A stretch of DNA of 64,000 nucleotides from Candidatus Onthovivens sp. (GCA_035270825.1 DATESL010000004.1:54712-118711); one strand, 5' to 3'. Positions 7,499 through 18,018 are shown, counted from the first letter of the stretch. Notes: a model not told the origin generated them from the sequence alone. Numbers and translations: made by a program.

Positions 7499-10090
7499 TT
7501 AGTCTCCCATATCATCAAAAATAGAAATTTGTTCATATCCATTTTCTGAATCATCATCTGAATTTTCTTCGTTGCTATTTTGATTAGTTGTATTCTCTTG
7601 AATTAATAAAGTATTAACGACAGTATTTTCATCAATAACTTGTGCTTCAAACTGAAAGATTGTCTGAATTATATCACTATCATTGTAGGATAAAATGTTC
7701 TTCTTACAATATTTTTCCATTGGAGTTAAATGAAAATCATCGATTGTTATCGGAATTATTTCATTACCAGTATTTTGTGTATATAAAATCAGATCATTTT
7801 CTTTGTTAACTAATTTTTGTGAGTACACTAGATTATGAATATCGCTTTTAAATGATTTGAATATGGTTTGTCTAGCACCTAGTCTTTGTGTAACGTTCAA
7901 ATTAGAACGATCAAAAATTCTATACATCGCTTTATTTGTTATAAATATAATCTTATTTTTCTCAGCCGCATTAAATGCTAATAATGAAACGATTTCATTG
8001 TGTTTTAATGATGACATAGCTTTTACGCCACTAGTTTTAAGCCCAGTTCTAGAAAATTGATTCTCATTAAAGTATGTGGCCAAGCCATTTTTTGTAACAA
8101 TAAGCAGATCTGAATCATTACTTAAAACAGAAACATCAGCAACTTCGTCATTTCTTGATAGTTTCATACAAGTAATAGCTTTACTATATCTTTGTGCAAA
8201 AAATTCTTTCAAAAGTGTCTTCTTAATTTGACCATTCTTCGAAACTATTCCAATAGAAACATTTTTTTCAAAATCTTTTACAAGAATACATTTTACAATA
8301 TGTTCGTTTAAAGGTAGATTTGCCATATAATTGACATGTTTACCCTCGTCTTTCCATCTAGTTTCTTGAATTTCATGGACAGGTAGAAATAAGTAATTGC
8401 CTAAATTAGTAAAGGCAAGAATATAATCCATATTATTAACAATCATCGACATTACTAAATTATCACCAGTTTTCATTCCTGGAATTGGTGTATCACTTGC
8501 TTTATAACTCTTAATTGATGATGTTTTAATATAGCCATCACGAGTAATTGCAACGTAAAGATCTTCTTTAACGATCAAATCTCTTTTATCGATTTGTGTG
8601 GTTTCTAATTCTTGTTCAACTTTAGTTCTTCTTTCGGTCGAGTATTCTTTAATAACGTTCTTTAAATCATTTGCGATTATTTTCTTTAATTTACTTGGAT
8701 TATCTAAAGTTTCTCTTAAATCTTTAACTAATTCTTCGAGCTCAGCTTTTTCTTCAAGATAAATCTTAACATCCGTATTAGATAATCTATAAAGACGCAT
8801 ATTTACGATAGCTTCTGCTTGTAAATCGCTAAAATGATAAGCATTTATCAAATTTTTCTTTGCATCAGCTTTATCAATACTAGCTTTAATAATCTTTATA
8901 ATTTCATCAATAATTGAAACGGATTTAATCAATCCATCCACAATATGAAGACGAGCAGTTGATTTATTGTAATCAAAAGTCGAACGTCTAGTAATAACGT
9001 CTTTTTGGTGCTCTAGATAAATATCTAAGTATTCTAAAAGATTTAAAGTGCGAGGATGTTTGTTACAAATAGCCACAACATTGGCACTATAGGAGATTCT
9101 AAGTTGAGTTTTATTGAATAAATAAGCAAGAATAATCTCTGGATTAGCATCTTTTTTGATATCAACAACAATATCAGTACCATCTCCACTAGATAAATCT
9201 CGAACTTCAATAATACCATCAACATCATGTGATTTTTTTATTTTGTCTATCGAATAAACAAGTTGTTGTTTTACTACATTATACGGTATTTCGGTAATAA
9301 CTAATTGATAACCATCAGAAACCTTTTTAATTTCTACTTTACTTGAAATCTCAACTTTTCCTCTTCCAGTACGATAAATATCTTTCATTGATTCGGTATT
9401 ATAAATGATTCCTCCAGTAGGGAAATCAGGACCTTTGATAATTTCAAATAATTCTTCAACACTACATTTAGGATTCATGAGGCGATAAATAGCAGCCTCA
9501 CACATTTCATTTAAATTATGAGGTGGAATTTCAGTTGCAATTGCAACAGCAATTCCCTCACTCCCATTAACAAATAAATTAGGAAATTTAGCAGGTAAAA
9601 CAATTGGTTCAAACTCAGAATCATCAAAATTTAGTGTTTTATCAACAGTTTCTTTATTTAAATCAGCAATTAAATTCATTGCAAACTTATTTAATCGAGC
9701 TTCAGTATAACGATAAGCAGCAGCTGGATCATTATCAGTTGAGCCATTATTACCTTGAAAGTCAATCAAAGGCATCGACATTTTCCAAGGTTGAGACATT
9801 CTTACTAAAGTATCATAAATCGAAGTATCACCATGAGGGTGAAATCTACCCATAACATCACCAACAATTTTTGCACATTTAATAGTTGGTCGATCAATTG
9901 TATAGTTATTGATATACATACTATAAATAATTCTTCTTTGAACAGGTTTTAAACCATCTCGAGCATCAGGAATTGCACGATCTTGGATAACATATTTTGC
10001 ATAAACAGCATAACGATTACCCATTAATTCATCGAGTGATTCAGTATTAATGTTTTCAATAATTGTTTTTTCAATAATTTTCTTAGCCAT
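7499..10090 (-). CDS. parC: DNA topoisomerase IV subunit A (type IIA topoisomerase A subunit; GyrA is not excluded) with an acidic C-terminal tail.
   Basis: Breakage-reunion domain around PDARDGLKPVQRRIIY..., HPHGDTSIYDTLVRMSQPW. Called ParC on the plsY-parE-parC context typical of Firmicutes. Confidence 0.8.
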   Translation of the reverse strand: MAKKIIEKTIIENINTESLDELMGNRYAVYAKYVIQDRAIPDARDGLKPVQRRIIYSMYINNYTIDRPTIKCAKIVGDVMGRFHPHGDTSIYDTLVRMSQPWKMSMPLIDFQGNNGSTDNDPAAAYRYTEARLNKFAMNLIADLNKETVDKTLNFDDSEFEPIVLPAKFPNLFVNGSEGIAVAIATEIPPHNLNEMCEAAIYRLMNPKCSVEELFEIIKGPDFPTGGIIYNTESMKDIYRTGRGKVEISSKVEIKKVSDGYQLVITEIPYNVVKQQLVYSIDKIKKSHDVDGIIEVRDLSSGDGTDIVVDIKKDANPEIILAYLFNKTQLRISYSANVVAICNKHPRTLNLLEYLDIYLEHQKDVITRRSTFDYNKSTARLHIVDGLIKSVSIIDEIIKIIKASIDKADAKKNLINAYHFSDLQAEAIVNMRLYRLSNTDVKIYLEEKAELEELVKDLRETLDNPSKLKKIIANDLKNVIKEYSTERRTKVEQELETTQIDKRDLIVKEDLYVAITRDGYIKTSSIKSYKASDTPIPGMKTGDNLVMSMIVNNMDYILAFTNLGNYLFLPVHEIQETRWKDEGKHVNYMANLPLNEHIVKCILVKDFEKNVSIGIVSKNGQIKKTLLKEFFAQRYSKAITCMKLSRNDEVADVSVLSNDSDLLIVTKNGLATYFNENQFSRTGLKTSGVKAMSSLKHNEIVSLLAFNAAEKNKIIFITNKAMYRIFDRSNLNVTQRLGARQTIFKSFKSDIHNLVYSQKLVNKENDLILYTQNTGNEIIPITIDDFHLTPMEKYCKKNILSYNDSDIIQTIFQFEAQVIDENTVVNTLLIQENTTNQNSNEENSDDDSENGYEQISIFDDMGD

Positions 10091-12027
10091 TATTTAATCT
10101 CCTCAATAAATTTATCTTTAGCTGAAAAATCAACAGCTTGTTCAAGCCATCTCTTTCTTTTTTCAGTATCCTTGCCCATTAAAATTGCCACTTTCGTTTC
10201 AACACTTAGAGGATCTTCAATTGAGACACGAACTAATAAACGATGCTCTTTATCCATTGTGGTGAATTTGAGCTGTTTATCGCTCATTTCTCCAAGTCCT
10301 TTGTAACGAGAAATCTTATAATTGCTACCAATTTCTTTTTTAGCAGCTTCTAGTTCTTCGTCACTATAACAATAAATTTCATTAATTTTACCCTTAGAAT
10401 CGCTTTTATAGACACGATATAAAGGAGGAACTGCGATATATACATTCCCATTATTAATTAAAGGACGCATGTAATTATAAAAGAATGTTAAAAGAAGAGT
10501 TTGGATATGTGCTCCATCTGTATCAGCATCGGTCATAATAATAATTTTGCCGTATTTAGATTCGCTAACATCAAAATTTTGCCCCACTCCTGCTCCAATT
10601 GTATTTATAATTGTCGCAAATTCTTGGTTAGCTAAAATCTTTTCCATTGTAATTGAATCAGTGTTTAATGGTTTACCTCTTAAAGGTAAAATTGCTTGAT
10701 ATTTAGGATCTCTTCCTTTTTTAGCTGTTCCGCCTGCACTATCTCCTTCAACAATAAATAATTCATTATTTTTATAATCTTTGGATTGAGCAGGGGTCAA
10801 TTTATCACTTAGAATGATTGAATCTTTACTTCTTTTTTTAGTTCTTAATTCTTCCTTTGCTTTTCTTGCTGCATTTCTTGCATTTGCACTATCAAAACAT
10901 TTTTTAACTAAGCTAACACCAAATTCTTTATTTTCATTTAAAAAATATTTAAATTTTGTATAAACAACATTATTAACAACGCTTAAGGCTTGAGGGGTTC
11001 CAAGTTTACTCTTTGTTTGACCCTCAAATTCAGTAATTTCTTCTGATAGACGTAAGGAAATAACAGCTGTTAAACCCTCTCTAATATCGTTACTTTCCAA
11101 TTTTAATTTATTTTTACTGAGGTTATTTTCTTCAATGTAATCATTTACAGCACGAGTAATTCCCATCTTAAAACCAGCTTCATGGGTACCACCATCGCGA
11201 GTATGGACATTATTAACATAGCTTCTAATAGTCTCATTGTAGTCTTCGTAACAGTATTGGAATGCAACTTCTACTTTAATATCATCAATTGTTTCATCTA
11301 AATATATTACATCAACAAAAGATCTTTTATTTTGATTTAGTTCTTCAACAAACTCTTTTATTCCATTTTCATAATAAAATTCTTCAGAGGTCTTTGATCG
11401 CTCATCAATAAGTAAGAATTTAACCTTCTTTAGTAAAAAAGCACTTTCTCTTAAATGATTTTGAATCTTATCATAACTAAATTCAATGTTGCCAAATATT
11501 TTTTCATCTGGCTTAAAGGTTACGATTGTTCCGTGTCTATTTGTTTTTCCAAGCTTTTCAAGGGGAACTGCAACTCTTCCACCATTTTCGAATCTAATAT
11601 GGTAAGTTGTGCCATCTTTATTAATAGTACAATCTAAAAAGGAGGACAAGGCGTTTGTTACACTTGACCCAACTCCATGAAGTCCACCACTAGATTTATA
11701 TGCTGCTGCACTAAATTTACCACCACTATGAAGAGTTGTAAAAATAAGTTGAACAGCAGGAATACCAGTTGCCTTATGAACATCACAAGGAATCCCTCTT
11801 CCTTCATCTATAATTGTAATTGAATTATTTTTATGAATTGTTAAAGTTATTTCGTTACCAAAACCATTGAGTGCTTCATCAACAGCATTATCAAGAATTT
11901 CCCACACTAAATGATGAAGACCTGACGAGTTGGTGCTACCTATATACATTCCAGGACGTTTCCTAACGCCCTCTAGTCCTTCTAGAATTTCAATATTACT
12001 TGCATTGTAATTAGTTTTTTCAATCAT
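10090..12027 (-). CDS. parE: DNA topoisomerase IV subunit B (type IIA topoisomerase ATPase/TOPRIM subunit).
   Basis: GHKL ATPase motifs (GLHHLVWEILDNAVDE, GGLHGVGSSVTNALS), TOPRIM (LFIVEGDSAGG), PLRGK. Confidence 0.8.
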   Translation of the reverse strand: MIEKTNYNASNIEILEGLEGVRKRPGMYIGSTNSSGLHHLVWEILDNAVDEALNGFGNEITLTIHKNNSITIIDEGRGIPCDVHKATGIPAVQLIFTTLHSGGKFSAAAYKSSGGLHGVGSSVTNALSSFLDCTINKDGTTYHIRFENGGRVAVPLEKLGKTNRHGTIVTFKPDEKIFGNIEFSYDKIQNHLRESAFLLKKVKFLLIDERSKTSEEFYYENGIKEFVEELNQNKRSFVDVIYLDETIDDIKVEVAFQYCYEDYNETIRSYVNNVHTRDGGTHEAGFKMGITRAVNDYIEENNLSKNKLKLESNDIREGLTAVISLRLSEEITEFEGQTKSKLGTPQALSVVNNVVYTKFKYFLNENKEFGVSLVKKCFDSANARNAARKAKEELRTKKRSKDSIILSDKLTPAQSKDYKNNELFIVEGDSAGGTAKKGRDPKYQAILPLRGKPLNTDSITMEKILANQEFATIINTIGAGVGQNFDVSESKYGKIIIMTDADTDGAHIQTLLLTFFYNYMRPLINNGNVYIAVPPLYRVYKSDSKGKINEIYCYSDEELEAAKKEIGSNYKISRYKGLGEMSDKQLKFTTMDKEHRLLVRVSIEDPLSVETKVAILMGKDTEKRKRWLEQAVDFSAKDKFIEEIK

Positions 12028-12102
12028 ATTATCTCTTCTATTATAGCAAAAAAGATTGTAATTTTCCTATGTTTTTTTATCTTTTTATTATAAAATAATT
12101 AC

Positions 12103-12867
12103 ATGCAAATTTTATATATTATATTAACATTATTAGCTTGTTTGATATTTGGATATTTGTTTGGTTCAATACCAAACTCAATAATTATTTCCAAAGTCTT
12201 TTTCAATAAAGATCCTCGAAAGTTAGGAAGTGGAAATGCTGGAGGAACTAACGTTGGTCGAACAGTTTCGAAAAGAGCTGGCGTGATTGTGATTATACTT
12301 GATATTCTAAAGACCGTTATTCCCTTTATAATTACATTGTATCTCTTCACAGGAATCAAAGAAATTGTTGAATTTATGGATCCTCAAAACTTAAACAATG
12401 GACTTTATTGGTATGGAACTGGCAATTCTCTTTGTAACTTAGCTCCATATTTAGGTATATTAGGTACATTTCTTGGTCACAGTTATAGTGTCTTCTTAGG
12501 TTTCAAAGGTGGTAAAATCGTTTCTACTTACTCAGGTTTAGTTGTTTGTAACACTTATCTATTCTTTCCATTATTTATTCCTATATTCTTAATAGTTCTT
12601 AAGATTACTAAATATGTGTCTTTAGCATCAATGACAACAGCAGTTTCTTATTGTATGTTTACGTGGATTGTTTATCTTATTTATATATTTACAAACTATT
12701 CAAGCGACATTACAAATTACCTTATGTGGTTTGGCTTAGGATCAGTAGTTTCAATTTATAGTCCTGTGTTGAGTACATTAGGTACAATATTCATGATTTT
12801 CAAACACAGAAGCAATATTAAAAAATTGATTAATAAAACTGAGAATAAAATCAAGTGGATGAAATAA
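12103..12867 (+). CDS. plsY: Glycerol-3-phosphate acyltransferase PlsY (acyl-phosphate dependent), longer than usual.
   Basis: GSGNAGGTNVGR motif, multi-TM protein, adjacent to parE as in Staphylococcus and Bacillus. Confidence 0.75.
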   Translation: MQILYIILTLLACLIFGYLFGSIPNSIIISKVFFNKDPRKLGSGNAGGTNVGRTVSKRAGVIVIILDILKTVIPFIITLYLFTGIKEIVEFMDPQNLNNGLYWYGTGNSLCNLAPYLGILGTFLGHSYSVFLGFKGGKIVSTYSGLVVCNTYLFFPLFIPIFLIVLKITKYVSLASMTTAVSYCMFTWIVYLIYIFTNYSSDITNYLMWFGLGSVVSIYSPVLSTLGTIFMIFKHRSNIKKLINKTENKIKWMK

Positions 12868-13018
12868 AATAGTAGTTAATTAGTATATTTCTAGTAATGT
12901 GGATAACTTTTAAATTCTGTCCACACATCAAAATAATGCGATAACTATCGTGTCTATTACTGACGATACTATGTGGATACTAATTAAGTACTCTCTCTTC
13001 TTCTAGCGTTTCAAATAA

Positions 13019-13052
13019 AAAACTCTCAAAAAATTATCGAGAGTTTTTTTAA
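13019..13052. terminator. Bidirectional rho-independent terminator (aactctc ... gagagtt followed by T7) between convergent plsY and the yneF-efp unit.
   Basis: 7-bp stem flanked by an A-run on the 5' side and a T-run on the 3' side. Confidence 0.5.
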
Positions 13053-13060
13053 TGTTTTTT

Positions 13061-13285
13061 TTATTTATTTTGCTTCATGCTATTCATAATAGCTCTGATT
13101 TGAGATTCGCTTGCTTTTCTTCCCATTTGAAGATACATAGCACGAATCATTTTTTCGTTAATTGGTGGGTTCTTTTGTAATTGTCTTTTGAAGATAAATC
13201 TTGAAATGAAGAATCCAGCAACTAAACCAGCTAGAAGACCAAGAATAATATAAAGTATGAGAAATCCAATTTCTAATTCGATCAT
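13061..13285 (-). CDS. UPF0154-family small membrane protein (YneF-like).
   Basis: 74 aa, N-terminal TM helix then KNPPINEKMIRAMYLQMGRKASESQIRAIMNSM, matching the YneF family pattern KNPPINE...M..MG.K. Confidence 0.6.
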   Translation of the reverse strand: MIELEIGFLILYIILGLLAGLVAGFFISRFIFKRQLQKNPPINEKMIRAMYLQMGRKASESQIRAIMNSMKQNK

Positions 13286-13287
13286 AA

Positions 13288-13845
13288 CTAGGCTCTCCCA
13301 TCATAATCGCCAGAATCAGTTTTAATATAGACGTCTGTTCCTTCTTCGATAAATAAAGGAACTTTGATTTGGAGTCCAGTTTCAACTGTTGCTGGTTTTA
13401 AAGCTTTATTAACAGTGTCGCCTCTAACAGCAGGTTCACAATGTGTAATTTTTAAAACTACTTTAGCTGGTAAGTTAATACCTAAGATTTCATCATTATA
13501 TAAGACGATTTCAACTTCTGAATTCTCTTTAAGGAATTGAATTTCCCAAATTAATCTAGCTTTTTCAACTTCGATTTGTTCATAAGTATCATTGTTCATA
13601 AACACTAAAAAATCGCCATTATCATATAAATAAGTCATTTTTGTTTTGTCTAATCTAATGGTTTCAATTTGATAACCACTGTTTTCAGACATTTCAGTAA
13701 TTGCTCCAGTTCTGACATTTTTGACCTTTAATTTGGCCACCATCTTTCTCATAGCAGTTTTATTTAATAAAATGTCAATGACATTATAAATAACTCCATC
13801 TACAATAAAATAATTCCCTGGTCTTAATTCTGTTACGTTAATCAT
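13288..13845 (-). CDS. efp: Translation elongation factor P with a non-canonical tip loop.
   Basis: 185 aa, colinear with B. subtilis EF-P (RTG at 45-47 in both, no indels before it). The loop is K29-T-A-M32-R-K where canonical EF-P has K-P-G-K32-G. Confidence 0.85.
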   Translation of the reverse strand: MINVTELRPGNYFIVDGVIYNVIDILLNKTAMRKMVAKLKVKNVRTGAITEMSENSGYQIETIRLDKTKMTYLYDNGDFLVFMNNDTYEQIEVEKARLIWEIQFLKENSEVEIVLYNDEILGINLPAKVVLKITHCEPAVRGDTVNKALKPATVETGLQIKVPLFIEEGTDVYIKTDSGDYDGRA

Positions 13846-13846
13846 T

Positions 13847-14500
13847 TTAATTCTCCTTTTTTAAATAATAATTGTTTTTCAATTCATTGAACAATGTTGT
13901 AATTTCACCATGTCCTGGATAAATTGTATAATTCTCATTAAGTTGTTTGATTTTTGACAAAGAGCTATAAACCTCTTTTTCATTGCCTGTAGGCAAATCT
14001 GTTCTTCCAATAAATCCTTTAAATAAGGTATCACCTGTAAATAGAGCATTTTCTGATTTAATTAGAAAACACACACTGCCAGATGTGTGAAATGGTGTAT
14101 GAATTACTTTAACATAAATTTGATTGCCAAAGTTAATTTCATCCTCATCGTCGACCAAATATATATTTTCGGTTTCAACAACAACATCTCCTGCATGGTT
14201 TTTAGAACGATTTAATCTAGAGTTTAATAAAAACTCATTTTCTGTTTCGTAAATAAAAATAGTAGCGTTAAACTCTTTTAAGAAATTATTTAGACCACGA
14301 ATGTGATCAAAATGTCCATGAGTTAACAAAATTCCTAAAACCGATGTATGATTCTTTTTAATGTAATCGATGATTCTTTTATTTGTTGAACCTAAATCAA
14401 CTATAATACAAGGACCATTTTGTTCACCAATAACATAAGAATTTGAACTAAATTCATTGTTATCTATTGTTTCATTGTCGAAATTAAAAATTTTAACCAT
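13847..14500 (-). CDS. Metallo-beta-lactamase-fold hydrolase (YqgX/glyoxalase II-like).
   Basis: LTHGHFDHIRG (HxHxDH) motif, ~215 aa. Confidence 0.7.
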   Translation of the reverse strand: MVKIFNFDNETIDNNEFSSNSYVIGEQNGPCIIVDLGSTNKRIIDYIKKNHTSVLGILLTHGHFDHIRGLNNFLKEFNATIFIYETENEFLLNSRLNRSKNHAGDVVVETENIYLVDDEDEINFGNQIYVKVIHTPFHTSGSVCFLIKSENALFTGDTLFKGFIGRTDLPTGNEKEVYSSLSKIKQLNENYTIYPGHGEITTLFNELKNNYYLKKEN

Positions 14501-14508
14501 TTTTTAAA

Positions 14509-14658
14509 CTATTTCTTTTCTTTAAAGACTTGAACTTTTCTACAGTGTGGGCAGAATTTTTTCTTTTCAATTTTATCTGGTGTATTCTTCTTATTTTTAG
14601 AAGTTATATATTGCTCTTCACCACAAATTGTACATTTTAAGATAATATTATCACGCAT
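14509..14658 (-). CDS. rpmG: 50S ribosomal protein L33 (below the ORF-track length cutoff; found by manual translation).
   Basis: Translation MRDNIILKCTICGEEQYITSKNKKNTPDKIEKKKFCPHCRKVQVFKEKK. It has the L33 zinc-ribbon pattern C..CG...Y...KN...P...E..KFC..C. Confidence 0.8.
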   Translation of the reverse strand: MRDNIILKCTICGEEQYITSKNKKNTPDKIEKKKFCPHCRKVQVFKEKK

Positions 14659-14745
14659 ATTCAATCTCCTCTCGTATAATAGCCTTATAATATTACCATA
14701 GTAATATAAATATTTCTACATTTTTATGAACAATTAGCATATAAT

Positions 14746-15798
14746 TTGGTTATGTTCACAAGAGAAAAAACTAGACGAGTTAAAATCGGTAATATAACGA
14801 TTGGTGGCAAAAATAAAGTACTTATCCAATCAATGTGCACCTATAAAACTTCTCAGGTAAATAAAGTTATTAAACAAATTAAAGTGTGCCAAGAATTAGG
14901 CGCTTCTTTAATGCGAGTTTCTGTTTTAGATGAAAAAGATGCTTTAGCAATTAAAAAAATTAAACAAAGTATCGATATTCCTCTTGTAGCCGATATTCAT
15001 TTTAACCATCAGTTGGCAATTAAAGCTATTAAATGTGGTGCTGATAAAATCAGAATTAATCCAGGAAACTACCCTAACATCGAGGATTTAAAAGAATTAA
15101 TCGATTTAGCAAGAAAGCACAATGTAGCTATAAGAATTGGTGTAAATAGTGGTTCTTTAAATAAAACACAATTGACTGGCGACCTTGCTACAGATTTAGT
15201 CGAGGCAGCTTTAAAATTTATAAAAGTATTTGAAGAACATAAATTTTATAATCTTGTTATAAGTTTAAAGGATTCTGATCCTGTTGTTGCTAAAGATGCT
15301 TATTTGAAAATTGCACACCTTACAGATTACCCATTACATATTGGTATTACTGAAAGTGGATTTGATGAAATAGGTATTATTCGCTCCTGTGCAGGTTTAG
15401 TGCCTCTTTTAGAAAGGGGAATCGGTGACACAATTAGAATTTCACTATCTCAAGATCCATTAAAAGAAATACTAACTTGTAAGAGATTATTACATGATTT
15501 AGGTTTATATTCGAACTATCCAACTGTAATTTCTTGCCCGACGTGTGGAAGAATTCAGGTTAAAAATATAAAAACATATGCTTCTCTTGTTCTTGATTAT
15601 CTTGAAAAAAATAATAAAAACATTAAAGTTGCGATTATGGGATGTGTTGTAAACGGTGTTGGCGAAGGTGAAAAGGCTGATTTAGGTATTGCCGGTGGCA
15701 ATCAAAAATTTGTGATATTTAAAAATGGACAAATATTAAAATCTGTCGATGAAAAAGATGTTTTAACTGAATTATTTAAAGAAATAGATAAATATTAA
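14746..15798 (+). CDS. ispG: 4-hydroxy-3-methylbut-2-en-1-yl diphosphate synthase (flavodoxin), MEP pathway.
   Basis: GcpE motifs: RVSVLDEKDA, IPLVADIHF, RINPGN, CPTCGR and MGCVVNG (4Fe-4S cysteines). Confidence 0.9.
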   Translation: MVMFTREKTRRVKIGNITIGGKNKVLIQSMCTYKTSQVNKVIKQIKVCQELGASLMRVSVLDEKDALAIKKIKQSIDIPLVADIHFNHQLAIKAIKCGADKIRINPGNYPNIEDLKELIDLARKHNVAIRIGVNSGSLNKTQLTGDLATDLVEAALKFIKVFEEHKFYNLVISLKDSDPVVAKDAYLKIAHLTDYPLHIGITESGFDEIGIIRSCAGLVPLLERGIGDTIRISLSQDPLKEILTCKRLLHDLGLYSNYPTVISCPTCGRIQVKNIKTYASLVLDYLEKNNKNIKVAIMGCVVNGVGEGEKADLGIAGGNQKFVIFKNGQILKSVDEKDVLTELFKEIDKY

Positions 15799-16673
15799 TT
15801 AAATTGATTTTTTAATTTGGGATTGAATTTATTAGCTCTAATCATTTCAATCTCTTTTTTATATGGAGATTGTTTATTAATAAAAGGTGTTTCAAGTATT
15901 TTTGGAATACCTGATGTTCTAGGATCATAAACAAATTTCATTAGATTTTCAAAACCAATAGTTCCAAAACCTATGTTTTCATGTCTGTCCTTATGGGACT
16001 CTAACTCATTTTTACTGTCGTTTAGATGAATACATTTTAAATAATCAAGGCCAATTACTTCATCAAAAAGACCGATAATATCAGTATTTACATCATAACC
16101 AGAATCATGAATATGACATGTATCTAAGCAAACACCTATTCTGGATTTATCATCAATATTATCAATTAAACGCTTAATTTGTTGAAAATCAGTTCCACAT
16201 TCACTGCCTTTTCCGGCCATTGTTTCTAATAAAATTGTTACTCCATTTGTTCTTTTTAAAGCTTGATTAATGCCATAAATAATATTGGCTAAACCAACTT
16301 CGACACCTGAACCTACATGAGATCCAGGATGTAGAACTAAAAATTTGCATTTAAATACTGCAGTTCTATTGATTTCATTAATCAATACGTCCAATGCAAA
16401 CTGAAATTTACTTTCATCGGTTCTATTAGCTAAATTAATGATATATGGGGCATGACAAATAAAATGTTTTGAACTTAAGCCATTTTTATTAGCTAATTCT
16501 AAAGCTTCATCTATTTTACATTTTTCTAAGTCAGTTCTGCGGCTATTTTGAGGAGCGCCTGTATAAAACATAAGAGCATTGGCTCCATTTTTAATAGTTT
16601 CTTCAATGGTACCATAAAAATAGTCTGGGTCACTCATTGAAACATGTGATCCAATTATCAAATTATTTTCCAT
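15795..16673 (-). CDS. nfo: Endonuclease IV (AP endonuclease, TIM barrel).
   Basis: IGSHVSMS..., HAPYIINLAN, LVLHPGSHVG, CLDTCHIHDSGYD. These are canonical Nfo metal-binding motifs. Confidence 0.9.
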   Translation of the reverse strand: MENNLIIGSHVSMSDPDYFYGTIEETIKNGANALMFYTGAPQNSRRTDLEKCKIDEALELANKNGLSSKHFICHAPYIINLANRTDESKFQFALDVLINEINRTAVFKCKFLVLHPGSHVGSGVEVGLANIIYGINQALKRTNGVTILLETMAGKGSECGTDFQQIKRLIDNIDDKSRIGVCLDTCHIHDSGYDVNTDIIGLFDEVIGLDYLKCIHLNDSKNELESHKDRHENIGFGTIGFENLMKFVYDPRTSGIPKILETPFINKQSPYKKEIEMIRANKFNPKLKNQFN

Positions 16674-18018
16674 TTTTGTAACGTTCTTCTCTTTGTCTTC
16701 TTATATCTTTTTGAATAATTTCGCGTTTTCTTCTTTTCTTTTCTTTTTGAATTTGTTCTTTTACTTTTTTCTTATATCCAGGTTTTACATCACTTTTTGG
16801 AGCTTCATGTTTAATTCTTTGAATATTTTTTTCAAGTACTTCATCAACTTTCTTTCTTCTAACAACTGTTTTAAAAGGTGATTTGTCGTTTACTAGTGTA
16901 TTTTCAGTATATTTTAAGTAGTTAGGAACTATACCTTGTTCAATTAATCTTGTTATTAGTTTTAAGTGATCTGAATCATAAAGTACATAACTGTCGCCTT
17001 GTTTATGCATCCTACCACATCTTCCTGCACGGTGAAAATAGTATTCTAGATTACTAGGTAAATCAAAACTTAAAACATCAGAGACATCAAGAATATCAAG
17101 TCCTCTAGCAGCTATATCTGAACAAACAACAACTTGAAAATCATGATTTTTAATCCTTTTCAATACAGCTTTTCTTTCTCTAGATTGTAAATCGCCTGTT
17201 AAAAGACCAACTTTAAGTTTATTAGAACGCAGAAAAGAATATATCTTATTAGCATCTTCTTTTAAATTCGCAAACAAAACTAATAAAAATGGATTCTTTT
17301 GCTCAATAAAACGAAGAATAATTTCATATTTGCTTTGATGCTTGGTGTTAATAAAGTTATGCGTGACTGTGCTCGACGATAAATTATTCGTTTCAGAAGT
17401 AATATTATAATCAGAAGAAATATATTTTGTTAAAAAATTTTCAACATTTTTAGAGATTGTTGCTGAAAAAACCATTATTTGAGGTTTTTTAACAATAGTC
17501 ACTATTTTATCAATATCAATAAAGAAATCTTCATCCATTAACATATCAGCTTCATCTAGAACAATGGTTTTTACGCTCGTTAAATCAATCTTAGTATTTT
17601 CTAATAAATATTTTAATCTTCCTGGTGTAGCAACTATAATTTCTGCTCCATTTTCAAAAGATTCAATACTTCTTTTAATATCTATACCACTAACAAAAAG
17701 TTTTACTTTTAAAAGAGGGTAATCAGCCTCAAAACACTTAATAAAATCAAAAGTTTGTTTGGACAATTCACGTGTAGGTGAAATAATTATAGTTTGTAAT
17801 TTTGAATTAAACTCCAGATTATTAATAATTGGGATTAAAAAAGAGTGGGTTTTACCACTTCCTGTTTCACTTTGAACAATTATATTCTCGCCCTTTAGAG
17901 CTTTTGGAATAACTGTTGTTTGTATGGTTGTTGGTTCTGTATAGCCAAGTTTTTCCAAAGTCTTAATAAGCTCTGGTTTAAGATTAAATGCGTTGAATTT
18001 CATGTTTATACTATACAT
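16663..18018 (-). CDS. cshB: DEAD-box ATP-dependent RNA helicase with a basic C-terminal tail.
   Basis: F..L (Q motif), SETGSGKT, PTRELS, VLDEADMLMD, SAT, HRAGRCGR. Confidence 0.85.
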   Translation of the reverse strand: MYSINMKFNAFNLKPELIKTLEKLGYTEPTTIQTTVIPKALKGENIIVQSETGSGKTHSFLIPIINNLEFNSKLQTIIISPTRELSKQTFDFIKCFEADYPLLKVKLFVSGIDIKRSIESFENGAEIIVATPGRLKYLLENTKIDLTSVKTIVLDEADMLMDEDFFIDIDKIVTIVKKPQIMVFSATISKNVENFLTKYISSDYNITSETNNLSSSTVTHNFINTKHQSKYEIILRFIEQKNPFLLVLFANLKEDANKIYSFLRSNKLKVGLLTGDLQSRERKAVLKRIKNHDFQVVVCSDIAARGLDILDVSDVLSFDLPSNLEYYFHRAGRCGRMHKQGDSYVLYDSDHLKLITRLIEQGIVPNYLKYTENTLVNDKSPFKTVVRRKKVDEVLEKNIQRIKHEAPKSDVKPGYKKKVKEQIQKEKKRRKREIIQKDIRRQREERYKNGK

